A DNA stretch of 64,000 bases, taken from positions 62,001 to 126,000 of the forward strand of contig JAQGDQ010000094.1 in assembly GCA_030141605.1 (NCBI GenBank), written 5' to 3'. The stretch is from Tubiluchus corallicola (Eukaryota > Animalia > Priapulida). Every line of letters begins with the position of its first letter. Within the stretch, counting starts at the first letter, position 1. Below, piece after piece: positions 12,995-25,602 of the stretch. A program made the translations under genes and the position numbers. Below the pieces are notes generated by a model that saw nothing but the letters and a program-made list of their open reading frames with translations, ran no database searches and was not told where the DNA came from.

Positions 12995-13199
12995 ATGGCA
13001 CCTGTTTCGTAGAAACAACCAGCAACACAGGACAAGTTTGCTGGCATGTTTACTTAAGCAAATTTCTGTCTGACTTTATAAAGTTTGCTTCATCCTGGCA
13101 GTGAACTCGGATGACTTGGCCTCCGAAAATACGAGGTAACGAACCGGCCAGGGGAGCCACCAGTCAGGCTCCCTGGCGGCGAGGACCGGTATCGTTACA
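12995..13199 (+). mobile_element. 3' half of an LTR related to 6559-6848
   Basis: ggcacctgtt...ggacaagtt...ctggcggcgaggacc...atcgttaca matches 6758-6848. Confidence 0.6.
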
Positions 13200-13889
13200 A
13201 TATGTTAAGCAGTCCTCAAACTGATCACTTAAGAAGGTATTTCACAGATGTAGACTTCGAATCATTAGCTTCAATACTGACGTGCAAAAAAGCATTATAA
13301 ATTGAATTCTTTTTTAAAAGTGTTTGAATAGTGTGTGCGTAATGTGCATTTAAAGCAAAATCAGAACCAATCTTAAACTGTAGGTCAAAACAATCTATTC
13401 GTTAAAATATTGAAAGGAAACATACTATATTTTCAAGAATTATTATCACACAAATTCAATTTCACGTTCGCGCCACTAGTTCTTCACTGTTACATGCATT
13501 TCGCTAGTTAGACGGGCACTAGCTCCTGCATTTCGGAAACGCATTACACTGAAAACAGCTGCTGTACCTCTTAGTTCAGATGTGTTAGTTTCTGATGGTC
13601 TACACACGTTCGACAGCTCATGCGTGAGCACAGTGGTAAATTTGAAATTTGAATTTTATCTTAGAACTTGCTTAGTTTTAGTACAACACACTGAGTATCT
13701 TACAGTAGCACTTTACTTTCGCTTTCGCACAATTTTCGCTTTCGCAAACACGTACAATACGCTCATGGAATATTTTTGCTGTTGAAAATTGTTTGCGATG
13801 TCATCAATATTTGGGCTCGCCCGCCGTTAATTAAGATTTTAATCTATTATTTAATTATCAGAAACGCTTTTGCAGTATTAATTGTGTTA

Positions 13890-15130
13890 CTAGCAAAGGT
13901 CCCGCAAAAGATTTTGCGTATAAATACACGTGTAATCAATAATACGCGAACATCCTACATAGTCCTCATTTATAACACAAAGCCCGTAACATCCTGCCTA
14001 CTTACCTAACGCAAAGCCTGTAGCAGCGTTTACTCCTGCCTACTGTATGTTTATCTAACGCAAAGCCTGTAGCAGCTTTTTGCTGAATTAAAGTTGCTGA
14101 AATAAGCAGAGTACAATGGATGACGTCAGCACAATGGAATGCGTCAGCACAGTTTTCTAAGCGAAAATTAGCGAAAATAGAACATGTAATTAACTCGCCA
14201 TTACTCCTCTCGGTGGACCTGCCCTAAAATATAGACCACTTCCTCTTTCTAAAAAGCGATATATCTCCTTCCGAGAGTCCCACCGGGCGCCACTAGAACG
14301 TTTTTCCCGCAGGCTCTTTGGTCAAAATTTCGAAAAAATCGCGAGTTGGGTCCGGGAAAATGCTCGTTGCGGGGCGCCGTGGCCCTCTCGCGAATTCTAA
14401 ATAGGCCTATGACTCCCACCGCTGAACGGGCTATCTATCCATATCCAGCACCACCCTCGGCCCATTCCCGTTCTCCACATCTCAGGTGTATAACTTTTGC
14501 AAAAAACAGCCAAAAAATGGCCATTTTGGGGGGTTTTTCGCCCCCCATTCCTCCCGGTGGGCCCTGTGAAAGTTGTAACTGTATATTTTAGGTGCTGCCA
14601 TCTATTGATTAGTTATTTTAACATTTACTAGTTCAATTCACCCCTTAGTACAATTGTTCGGTCCAGTGAATATTCAAACTCACTGTATCTCCCCTATTTT
14701 ACTGTAATGGGATATGTGAAGCCAAGTTCTTGCATACTTCTCTACCTATATAAACTGGCTAGATTTCACTGCTAGTCACTCTCTGTCTCAGGCAGTGCAG
14801 TCGTGCAACTCATGGGACACACTGTCTCTCTGTCACACACTCAGTGCTGTGCAACTTATTATCTTCATTTTACTTGTGCATTTTACTGTGTATTTAATGC
14901 AAAAAAAGTGTTTCAGTTTTTGTGCAAACATGCAATCTAGTGTTTAGTTGTTTTCTTCAAGTGTTCCATTTCAACTTCACAAATAACTTTCACAGGCCCG
15001 ATTCGAAAAATAAACCATCAATGGCACGACACTAAATCGAGAACTTTCGTTTGATGTATAGATCACCGCAAATGGTGCCCTCGTCGAAGCTGTAGCCTCG
15101 AATCTTATATATATATAAATAAATAAATAA

Positions 15131-15164
<34 letters not shown>

Positions 15165-16299
15165 CAAGAATATTAATATATAGACAAAGGCCCCGCAAAA
15201 GATTTTGCGTATAAAACACGTGTAATCAATAATACGCGAACATCCTACCTAGTCCTCATTTAATTCAGGCGTATAACTTTTGCAAAAAACGGCCGGAAAA
15301 TGGCCATTTTTGGAGGTTCTTTGCCCCCCGTTCCTCCCGGTGGGCCCAATTCGAAAAGTAAACCATCAGTGGCACGACACTAGATCGAGGCCTTTCGTTT
15401 GATATATAGATCGCCGCAAATGGTGCCGATGTCCGGGCTGTAGCCTCGAATCTTATATATAAAGCCCATATCAGTAGAATTAATATATAGACTAGCAAAG
15501 GCCCCGTAAAAGATTTTGCGTATAAATACACGTGTAATCAATAATACGCGAACATCCTACACAGTCCTCATGTATAACACAAAGCCCGTAACATCATGCC
15601 TACTGTTTGTTTAACTAACGCAAAGCCTGTAGCTTTTTACTGAATTAAAGCTATAAGATTACAGACAGAATACAATGGATGACGTCACAACAATGCCTTT
15701 GCGTCGGCAGTTTTCTAAGGCGAAAATTGTCGAAAATAGAACATCTAATTAACTCGCCAGTACTCCTCTCGGTGGACCTGTCCTAAAATGTAGCTCACAT
15801 CATCGTGTAGCCCCGTTCTTCCTCTTTCTAAAGAGCCCCATATCTTCTTCCGAGAGTCCCACCAGGCGACGCTAGAACGTTTTTTCCGCATGCTGTTTGG
15901 TCAAAATTTCGAAAAAATCGCGAGTTGGGTCCGGGAAAACGCCCGTTGCGGGGCACCGTGGCCCTCTCGCGAATTCTAAATAGGCCTATGACACCCATCG
16001 CTGAACTGGCTATCTATCCATACCCAGCACCACCCTGGGCCCATTCCCGTTCTCCACATCTCAGGCGTATAACTTTTGCAAAAAACGGCCGAAAAATGGC
16101 CATTTTTGGGGGTTTTCGCCCCCCCGTTCTTCCCGGTGGGCCCAATTCGAAAAATAAACCATCAATGGCACGACACTAGATCGAGACCTTTGGTTTGATG
16201 TATAGATCGCCACAAATGGTGCCCTCGTCGGAGCTGTAGCCTCGAATCTTATTAATATATATTAATATATATAGAAGAATATTAATATAAGAGTATAGA
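13890..16299 (-). mobile_element. Head-to-tail array of non-autonomous Helitrons, family B
   Basis: On the minus strand: 5' A|TCTATACTC (16299) and 3' hairpin CGCAAAA-TC-TTTTGCG (13903-13918) followed by CTAG|T (13890). Internal CTAG|TCTATATATTAAT junction at ~15491. Confidence 0.85.
14565..14994. mobile_element. Solo LTR (430 bp) inserted in Helitron B
   Basis: Perfect termini TGTGAAAGTT...AACTTTCACA. 5-bp TSD GGCCC (14560-14564, 14995-14999). Sister Helitron copies show the empty site gggcccaattcg. Confidence 0.85.
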
Positions 16300-16319
16300 T
16301 AGTAGATGTATACTTCTTA

Positions 16320-19300
16320 TCGGACTTGAAAATGGGGTAGCATATGAAAAATCATCCCGTCTTCCTTTAAGATTTTCGTTAATGAGCATCTATCTTCGCT
16401 GAATGCATGGATCTTTAAAAAACCGCGGCAAAAAATAGGAAATTGAGATCCTGGACCAACAACGGACAAGTGTTCATTAAGGTAAATGGGATGGATGAGA
16501 CGATAGAGGTGAAATATGTGGAGGATCTCAAAGTTCTGTTGAGAAAGTTGGAGAGGGATGGCGCCAAACAACATGAGTTTTGTAAGTTGACTGCTTTTGT
16601 TAATTAAGCAGATCTCTTTTTTATCCCTGTGCTTTATATATAGGTGAAAGCATATAATCGGGCTTACAGTTAGAAATCGTATAGCGTCAATGCTGTTTGC
16701 TTGTGTTTAGTTCTATTGAGTGTTGAGTTTAAAAATATTTTTTCATCTTTTTAAATAGCACTTTTATTTACATTTTTCTGAAATCTGCATATATATAATG
16801 TAGTGTTGCAGTATATCTATTAGTGCTAGGTGTTTAGAGTTTGATTATTTTCTTTTTTGTTACATAAGTAGCAGCTAGCAGCACGCATACAAATGTGTAT
16901 ATAATATAATTTTTTGGGTTTATCAGTTAAGTGTCTTTGTTTTTTCTACAGCAGTAAATATAAATATCTATTATTAGTGAGTTATGTGAGTGAGACCTAC
17001 AAGGAGACTATATGTCCAGCTTAGTTCAGTCAAGTAGAATTTAATGTATATATATTGTGCACATACTTATGGTTGTGCATATACTGTTTGTGCTTTAGTC
17101 GTGTTAGATTTTATTAAATCGGTGCCGCGCAAAATTACGCTACTTAATTGCAAAATTATTAAATACTTAAATTTTTTACATCACAGCACACAGTACGTGT
17201 TTCTATTATCAAATACTTGTAGCCAATATATAACTGATTAATACGTCCTTTAAATTGTACAGTTTTTGTAAACAGATACCCTGTTTTCTCTTTCTTTTTT
17301 TCATGTAGTCAGTAGAATCTTTTCTGTCATTATATAAACAACAATGATATTCGTATAGGTATAAAACCATAATATACTAATACAGGCCTGCGTTATGCTA
17401 CAACACTGGGCAAATTAAACAAATAGAAACAGTTTTGCTACATGATCAGTAAATGCAAGATTTAATTGTAGTTATTAATTTCTTCCCCTGATTTACGTTT
17501 GCGTAGATGACGCCATGTAATGGCGCCGTCGGAACTGCACTGCGGGAGATTTAAAATGAAAACAAACAAAAAATCCTTTTAATGCGAGTAGGACATACGC
17601 ATGAAATTGCTATAAAGTAATGTATTTTTTATAGGCGATTTTTCTGAAACTTACTTCGGGTACCCCTTTCTTGTCATTTAATAAGTCTATTAATAAAAAT
17701 ACAAAAAATAATGAAATGGCCCTCTGCAAAATCATGATGCTTGGGTTTTCGCTGCAACAAAAAGGACTGTTTATAATGAAAACTTTTCTAGAGTTAACTG
17801 CTAATATTATCCTTCTCAATAATGTACTACATCACTAATAACGCTAGCGTATTTTTTCTTCTTCTAATTAAACTTTGCTAAAGTGTTGACTTGGGTAATA
17901 TGTGTTAGCTGTACACCATTTTTGTTAATATGTTACATTGTGTTAGTTGTATGCAGCATTCTTTTTTCCTGCTGATCCAACTCTTCACCAGTCCAAGCTG
18001 TTTAAATTCATGCAGGCCTTTTCATGGTCTCACGTGGCTGTTGCACCTACTTGTTTCTCGGCCTTGAAAGTCATTCAGGCAGTTTAATATAGCAATATGT
18101 ATTACTCAGTCACCTGATTCAGTAATTTGGCTTCATTGACTTAAAGCTATATGGTAATTGGTAATCTTAATAATTTATACCAATTGTTTGACGCTAATGT
18201 TATAATAATGTTCCAATACTTACTGTTTTAAATCTTAAAACAAATGTTAAACGGGCTCTTATTATTATTATCCTATGATTAGGCCCAACAATTGATTAAC
18301 ATTGCATAGATATATTTAAATATTATGATAATTAGCTTTAAGTTTATTCAGAACTGGTTGTTAATTTAGTGTGTTACATAACTTCGCTCACATTCAGCTT
18401 AAATGTTTATTGTAATTTATGTACTCGATTTGACTCGATGCAAAACTGGCTGGTTGTCCTTGCTAGCATATTTTTTACATATTTGAAAATTACACTTCTT
18501 TAGCGATATCTTATTCAATTTTTATACGTTTTTCTATTCTCTTATCTCTGATTTTTTTACACTTTTGATGGTATATGTAAACAACCTATGTTCAATATGT
18601 GATGAATCTATGCGACGTCACCAGCGGGTGTTGAATTGCGGCTGCTGCGGGGATATTATTTACCAAAAATGTACTTATTTTTCTTTAAAAAATAAACTAC
18701 TAGCTGCTTGTGATGTTTGGTTTTGCCACGTCTGCTTGCAAAACTTATTTCTTTATAATAATCTTAATAGCAACAATGAATTTGAATATGCTGTCAGAAT
18801 CAGACATTCAATAAATTACCCTGTTCTGGAAGATTCTGAATATAATCTTGATATTTCTGAATATCAGTTATGGGGATAATTTTAATAGTTTAGTGGAAAT
18901 TGATCCTGACTTACAATTTTTAATAATTCTAACTAGTTACCAAAAAGCAAATATTACGACTTCGAACAGTTCTCATCAATTTATTCAAATATAAGTTATA
19001 ATAATAGATTCTTGATGATTCATTTAAATGTACCTAGTTTGGCTGCAAACAATAACCATTTTACGACACTCCTACATTTGGAAGTTAACTTTTCAATCAT
19101 AGCCTTAAATGAGACATGGTTTCACTCTAATTCTCCTGATTTTTCCAATTTGCCAGGTTACAGTTTTATTAGTAATAACCGAGAACATAAAAAAGACGGT
19201 GGCCTAGGTTTATAGATCAGTAATAATATTAGTTATTCAGTAAGAAATGATCTCAGCGTCACTAATGAGATCATAGAAACAATTTTCATTGGAAATATTA

Positions 19301-20830
19301 GCGAAACTATAAATATAATAGTGAGTTCTGTCTACAAACCACCTGGCGAAGATCCCAAACGTTTCACTAAGCAACTATCCAATTTATTGTCTAATTTTCT
19401 AAATCAAATTATTATTAAAACAAACTAGAACAAATTGAATCGAACTTGAAGAAAATTAGGATTATTATTAAAAAAATTATACAGTCAAATAGAAAATAAA
19501 ATTCATATGCTGTCAAAGTTAATGACAAGTTAATAAATGATAATAAGTCTGTCGCTTTTGCTTTAAAAGAGCACTTTTCGCAGATCGGTCAAAAGTTAGC
19601 TCCAGAAATTCTAAACACTGGTGCTAACCCTAAAGTTTATCTTAAGGGTAATTATCAATCTACTCTTTTCTTTAGTCCTGTTACATTAAATGAAAAAAAA
19701 AATCTACTTGCAAATCTTATAACCGTAATAAAGGGGCATTCTTTGATAATTTTCTCCCCAAAGTCATAATTTAATTGATTTAATTGATCAGTTAGCTGCT
19801 CTTATTGCTCATTGACAACAGGAATAATACCTTATTAAAAAAATCAGTAATTATTCCTCTGTTTAAGGCTAAAGACTCCTTAAACATTAGTAACTATCGA
19901 TCTATAATCATTATTACCATTTTTCTATAAAATATTTGAGAAAATATTTTAAAAAGTTTAACTGCTTACTTGACTATACATAACGCACTTTATAATCATC
20001 AGTATGGCTTTAGAAAGGGTAGTTCTACACAGCTAGCCCTGGTTAATATAATAAACAACACAGCCTGGTTTAAAATCAATAAATTTGCATTAAGTTCAGC
20101 TAAAACTAAATAAATTTTATTCAGAACTCGTAACAAACCCATAAATACAAACGGTATGATAAAAATTGATAGTGATGCTGTAAAACAAGTAAATGAAATG
20201 AAGTTCCTAAGTGTTATCTTAATTGAACACTTAGATGCTAGAATCGCATTTAACTAGTTGAAAACCACACTTAAATGTGATTCATTCAAAAACTGCTAAA
20301 ACATCGGGTTAATCAGTAGGGTTAAACATTGTTTTACCAAAGAACATATTATTACACTTTATAATTGTCTAGTATAGCCATCCGTAACCTACTGTAATAT
20401 ACGGGACACACCTGCCCTTCATCTCTATTTAAATTAAACTTTCTACAACGAAAGTTCAAAAGATTAATAGCTAATTTGAACAAACGTGACCATTGTTGGT
20501 CTTAATCTTCTTAAGAACTATTCTATCCTAGTACTAAATGATCTAATAAATTTGAATTCTGCTATTTACATGTACAAAACTAAACATAAATTACTTCCCG
20601 TTTTCTTTTTACACTCATTATCTATTAATGTAAGACATTACTCAACAAGATCTAATAAATTTCTTATTAAGTATTGCATGACTGATGCGGCATGGCACTT
20701 TATCACTAACACTTAGGCCCTAGACTTTGGAATAACATTAGTGAATACGTAAAAATTCTTTATCTATAAATAACTTCAAATTAAGAAATTGAGAAAGTGA
20801 AATCTTCTCTAATTATTATAGAATAAATCA
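16320..20830 (+). mobile_element. Decayed CR1/L2-group (Crack/Daphne-like) LINE
   Basis: ORF1 C-terminus KIFVNEHLS...SWTNNGQVFIK (~16370-16490). PHD-like CSICDE..CGCC..KC..WFCHVC (18565-). IDPD motif. APE HLNVPSL..FSIIALNETW. RT remnants NYRSI, KIFEK, LYNHQYGFRKGSST. Many stops. Confidence 0.75.
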
Positions 20831-20957
20831 ATTTGACTAATAGAGCTGCTGCCCCTGTCAGAATCCATCACGTTGCTGGCTGTATCGGTTTCTATATTTC
20901 TATAGTTCGTAAAAGAAGTTAAATGCGCATAAAAATCAAAAATTCTTTATTTTTCTT

Positions 20958-20991
20958 CAGAAGCTTTCGTCGTCTCTGACTTTATCAGCTG
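20958..20991 (-). ncRNA. Second, mutated hammerhead motif (CTGATAA core)
   Basis: CAG-CTGATAA-A-GTCA-GAGA-CGAC-GAAA-GCTT-CTG on the minus strand. Confidence 0.5.
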
Positions 20992-21131
20992 CACAGAAAG
21001 ATAGAATAGTAAAAAGTTACAGATGAAACTACATATAAAATAAAGGTGTACAATGTCAGTAAAACCAGTAATTGTACACCTTTATTTTATATGTAGTTCA
21101 TCTGTATTTTTTATTATTGTACCTTTGTGTG

Positions 21132-21165
21132 CAGCTGATGAAGTCCGAGAGGACGAAAGCTTCTG
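21132..21165 (+). ncRNA. Minimal (type I, Penelope-like) hammerhead ribozyme motif
   Basis: CAG-CTGATGA-A-GTCC-GAGA-GGAC-GAAA-GCTT-CTG. Conserved core boxes, 4-bp stem II with GNRA loop, palindromic AAGCTT stem III, CAG/CTG stem I. Confidence 0.7.
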
Positions 21166-21571
21166 AAGAAAAAATAAAGAATTTAAGATTTATACTCATT
21201 TTAACTTCTTTTACGATTATGACCAAGGCAAACCTCAGAAGAGCACTATCTTATTTTCTGTAGTTTGCGTTACTTCATACAGTTACCATCACACCTTTCT
21301 CTTTTTTCTATTCTCCTTCAACTTTCTTTTCTAATTCTTTACTGCTCTTTTTTACTTTTCTTAATCCACATTCATTTGGGGTGCTGTTAACAAGTAATGA
21401 CTTCTTGAGTACCCCACGTGTCATTTGCAGCTTGGCATCTTGGATACATAATAAGTATCTTATTAAATTCCTTCGAAGTGATATGCTGTAATGGTTGTTG
21501 TGGATGTATTTAATAAATAATTAGTATTTAATTAAATTAATTTGTGTGAATTAATAGTTTAATAGTGAAGC

Positions 21572-22220
21572 TGTGACGGTTCCCTTATATTTGTTAATTG
21601 TTTTGGCCAGGATCGTGAACCTATTTATTTAATTAGGCAACTCACAAAAGAAAGTAATATTTATTAACCACCAAATTAAAGTTGTGTTGAGCCGAAACAC
21701 GGATTTTCCTAAAGCAAGTGTTATAGGTTCTGTGTTATTTCCCTATGTGTACCGTTACTGTTGTGATATAATATTTAGGAAGAATTACTAATATTTAGAC
21801 GACTATCTCATTTAATCCAAATAAGCTAGGCATTAAATTCAATTGCTTTATTTTACCACAATTATATAAAAGAACTGTGCACAGATCGTTATAACAAAAA
21901 CTGTACAAGTGTCACAACATATCCTATCAATCCATACCATACCATCCGTCCACCAATACAAGTCTAGATTAGGTTCCGTGTTCCATAGACCATATTAACA
22001 AACCGTTTCTACTCCGTTTATACCATTTGAGGAAGTTTCACCATAGCATAAATCGAAACATCTCAATTAATCTCGTTAAAGATATGTTCAAAGTGAGCAG
22101 TGTGGACAGACTTTTGACGTTACGATATGCTTAAAAACCAAATCTCAACTGTATATATAGATAGAGCAATTCACTTCTCCACGTCCTGTATGAATCACCT
22201 GCGTTTAAGCATTTTTAAAG
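21572..22220. mobile_element. LTR-like interspersed repeat (inverted copy of 11521-12436)
   Basis: Starts TGTGACGG; reverse-complement homology to 11521-12436. Confidence 0.6.
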
Positions 22221-23220
22221 AACCAGTGAGAGGAAAGTAAGCATTAAACATAACTAGGTTACCTGGATCAATTTCTCAACTGTACATATGCAAAACTAAA
22301 CTGCTTCGTCTCTTAAAGAAATGTTTTAGGTTCAAATAATCGCAAGACTATATGGGCAACATATAGAAATTAATCCAATCAATAAAAATGAAAATTGTTA
22401 GGTAAAGCAGTATTTATTTGACTTGCACAAGGATTTAAAATAAAAGATTAAGCTTGAACAGTAGTACATCTGATATGGCACGAAAATAGTGCGCTAGCAC
22501 AGAAGCTGTGTTTGAATATCGTGTACTGTAACTTTGTAAACTCTGTGGACTAATTCTGTGTTACCTCACCATTGTTAAATATATGTTACGTTGTAAAAAA
22601 TTAGTCAAAAAACGACTGCTGTTGCTGCTAATACTAGCAGCAGCGAGAGTGACAATGATTACTGCTGCATACGTGGTTACACGACACCACGTGGCACATT
22701 TTTGCGGCACTTTTGATAATTACGATTTAAATTCATTTCCGATTTTACACATAATGTTTTTACTGGGCTTGGCTGGTGGGAATAAATAATACTCACTTTT
22801 TTCAAATTTGGCAAAATTTTCCAAAGCGCAAATGTTACTAGCATTCTTAGTGAGTACTATTTTTACTTTTTTGTCTGAGTGCTTATTTAATAAAAAATGT
22901 GAAAGAAGAGAAATATCTTGGCCATATATTTGATTATAAAAATAGGGATGACCGTGATATAGATAGACAGCAAGCTTTGTTTTACATAATGTTAAACAAA
23001 TTGATAAGAAATTTTCAAAATGTAGCACAAACGTAAAAAGGAATGTTTTTACATCGCATTGTCCAAACTTTTATTGTGCAGCTCTGTGGCACAAATTTTT
23101 TACTATAGTTTTAATCACACAAAAATTGCATACAACAGAGGCATCCGAAAATTATTTCAGCTACAACATGACAGTCACTGTTTTGCAAGGGGAATTTGTG
23201 TTCAACTTAACATACCGTAT

Positions 23221-23484
23221 TTTGACACTAATTCAAAAATGTATTTATTCACCTAAAAACAAGCTGTCAGAAAGTTGCAATACTGTGGTACTAAACATAT
23301 GGTACTAAGTGAATGCAGATATCAATCTAAAATTCACAAGCACTGACTGAAATTTGACACTAATTCAAAAATGTATTTATTCCCTTAAAAACAAGCTATC
23401 AGAAAGTTGCAATACTGTGGTACTAAACATATGGTACTAAGTGAATGCAGATATCAATCTAAAATTCACAAGCACTGACTGAAA
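23221..23484. repeat. Recent 132-bp tandem duplication, within a probable LINE 3' remnant
   Basis: tttgacactaattcaaaaatg...cactgactgaaa occurs at 23221 and 23353, near-identical. Confidence 0.9.
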
Positions 23485-24997
23485 ATTTTATATGTATAAA
23501 ACAGGCTAATATGACTTTAATATAATTTTATTGCAGACATTTTGTTGCATTTACGTATTCTTTGTTTTTAGTACTACTGTTAAATTACATGTACTGATGT
23601 TTTATTATGCATAATGCCTACGCGAACTTTTGTTTTTATATGGAAGAAATTCTGAAATAGATGTTTAAATTCAATTCATTCAAAATGTGAGTTGGACATT
23701 TTTCAGATTTTGCTGAAACAATTATCAAAAAGTACCTACATGGGTGGGATAATTATTGATAAAATTTTAGCTGCCACACACAGTTAATTATGATGTTTTA
23801 TGAGCCTTTAATGAACCAGACTTTCCTTCTACCAAAAATGGGAGTTTCCCAACAGAGAAATTTATCCAGCAAGGAAAATTTTCCTGTAGAGAACTTCCCT
23901 ATTTTCCAGTTCAAACAATTATTTTATACTGAGATATGGAAATGCTCTCTTTTTCGTTTAGTACTAAATTTGCCAGTGTCAAACTTTCTTAGTACGAAAT
24001 TTTCCTCGTACCATAGTGCTGTAGTACCAAACGTTTCTTGTACCAATATTTCTTAGTACCAAACAATTCTTAAACCATATTTTTCTCATACCAAACAGAA
24101 TGCCATAATTGTACAATTATTGCAAAACACACGCGTTGGAACAACACTTACAACCGATTATTTAAATCGTGCTAATCTCTGGACTAGAACAAACCTAGCT
24201 TAATGGAACATCGTGTATAGTAAGTCTCAGGAAGATAGTAATCAGCTGGAGAGCAATAAGAAAAGCCACAAGAAGAATATTTATAAACTACAGTACTAGC
24301 TAACTATAACTACCTTTGGTGACATGTGTCTGAATTCGATAATTTTGACAATTTAAGCTTGAAGCTTACTGTATTGTTTTGCGTGTTTTTCATACTTGTC
24401 TATACTTGGTTTTCCTAAGGGCTTAATAACACTAATGATCCTAAACTGAATTCTTACTAGTTTACAGAGGCCATACACATAAAATACGCCACATTACTAA
24501 ATCACAATTCAGCAACATTAACCTACATATACACGCGTAGCGTCACATTTCCAGATAATCGTTACTGTTTTTGTATTCTACGAAAACGTGCACTAGGTGT
24601 CTCTTGGAGTTATAAGATCACACAGGTTAAATGTTTATATGTCTATAAACGCGTCTACGTGCCCCTCCCAGCATGACTAATCAATGCACGGATAGGGGCT
24701 CTAGTGCTTTAACACTGTGCATTTCATTTGAATTGTACTACGATGAGTTAAAATAAAGCTTCATTACAAAACCGTAGTAAATTAAAACACCATTTTCACT
24801 CACGTAAGTTTTTATTTTTAAGAAAAAAACACAAGTACATAGCCTCTAGTAAATTTAATAATTATCGCAACGTATGTATTAAATGCATTTTGTGGTCAAG
24901 AGAATAACTGTTACAATGAAAGGCACAAAATGTTGTCCTATGCGCTGAATGGAACAAAGCCGTTACTGTGGGGATTGAGAATGGTCTATTATAATTA

Positions 24998-25298
24998 CCG
25001 TACATACGTGTGTACAAGTCGACCTTTTATACAAGTCGATGTGCATTTTCAGACCAAAAGTTGCATAATTTTATATATTACCTGTGTACAAGTCGACCAT
25101 AAAATATTAAGATCTTCCAGAGTAAATGATGTCAACAATGGCCGAGTAATAAGTCAATAGCCTACTGTGTTAGTGTGTAAGATACGTGCAAGTGCCTGGG
25201 CCGAGTATATTATACCTACCCGATGTATATATATATATATATATATATTCATGTTGAGGCCCTCAATGCAATCCATGATTAGTGCAGCCTGGTCTATA

Positions 25299-25345
<47 letters not shown>

Positions 25346-25602
25346 GTTGAGGGCCCTCAATGCAATCCATGATTAATGCAGCCTGGTCTTTCATCGCGCG
25401 TAATTGTTTGTAATGATAAGTATCACAGCATGAGTGTTCATTCAGTCCAGTGTATAATGAAAGATTATTTCTTTACATATTTGTATTGTAGACGACTCTT
25501 TAGCGACATCTCCTAAGAACATATCGTAAGTATAAGTTGACCCCAAACATGTCACCTTGAAACTGCCTCCCAAAAATTCGACTTGTACATAAGTATATAC
25601 GA
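24998..25602. mobile_element. Tc1/mariner-superfamily (Tc2/pogo-like) MITE
   Basis: TIRs CCGTACATACGTGTGTACAAGTCGA / TCGACTTGTACATAAGTATATACGA, with TA at both flanks (24996-7, 25603-4). Confidence 0.7.

Larger units (their letters stand above)
20907..21216. repeat. Inverted repeat (~147-bp arms, 16-bp spacer), Penelope pLTR-like
   Basis: 20907-21054 is the diverged reverse complement of 21071-21216. Each arm carries a hammerhead motif. Confidence 0.85.
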
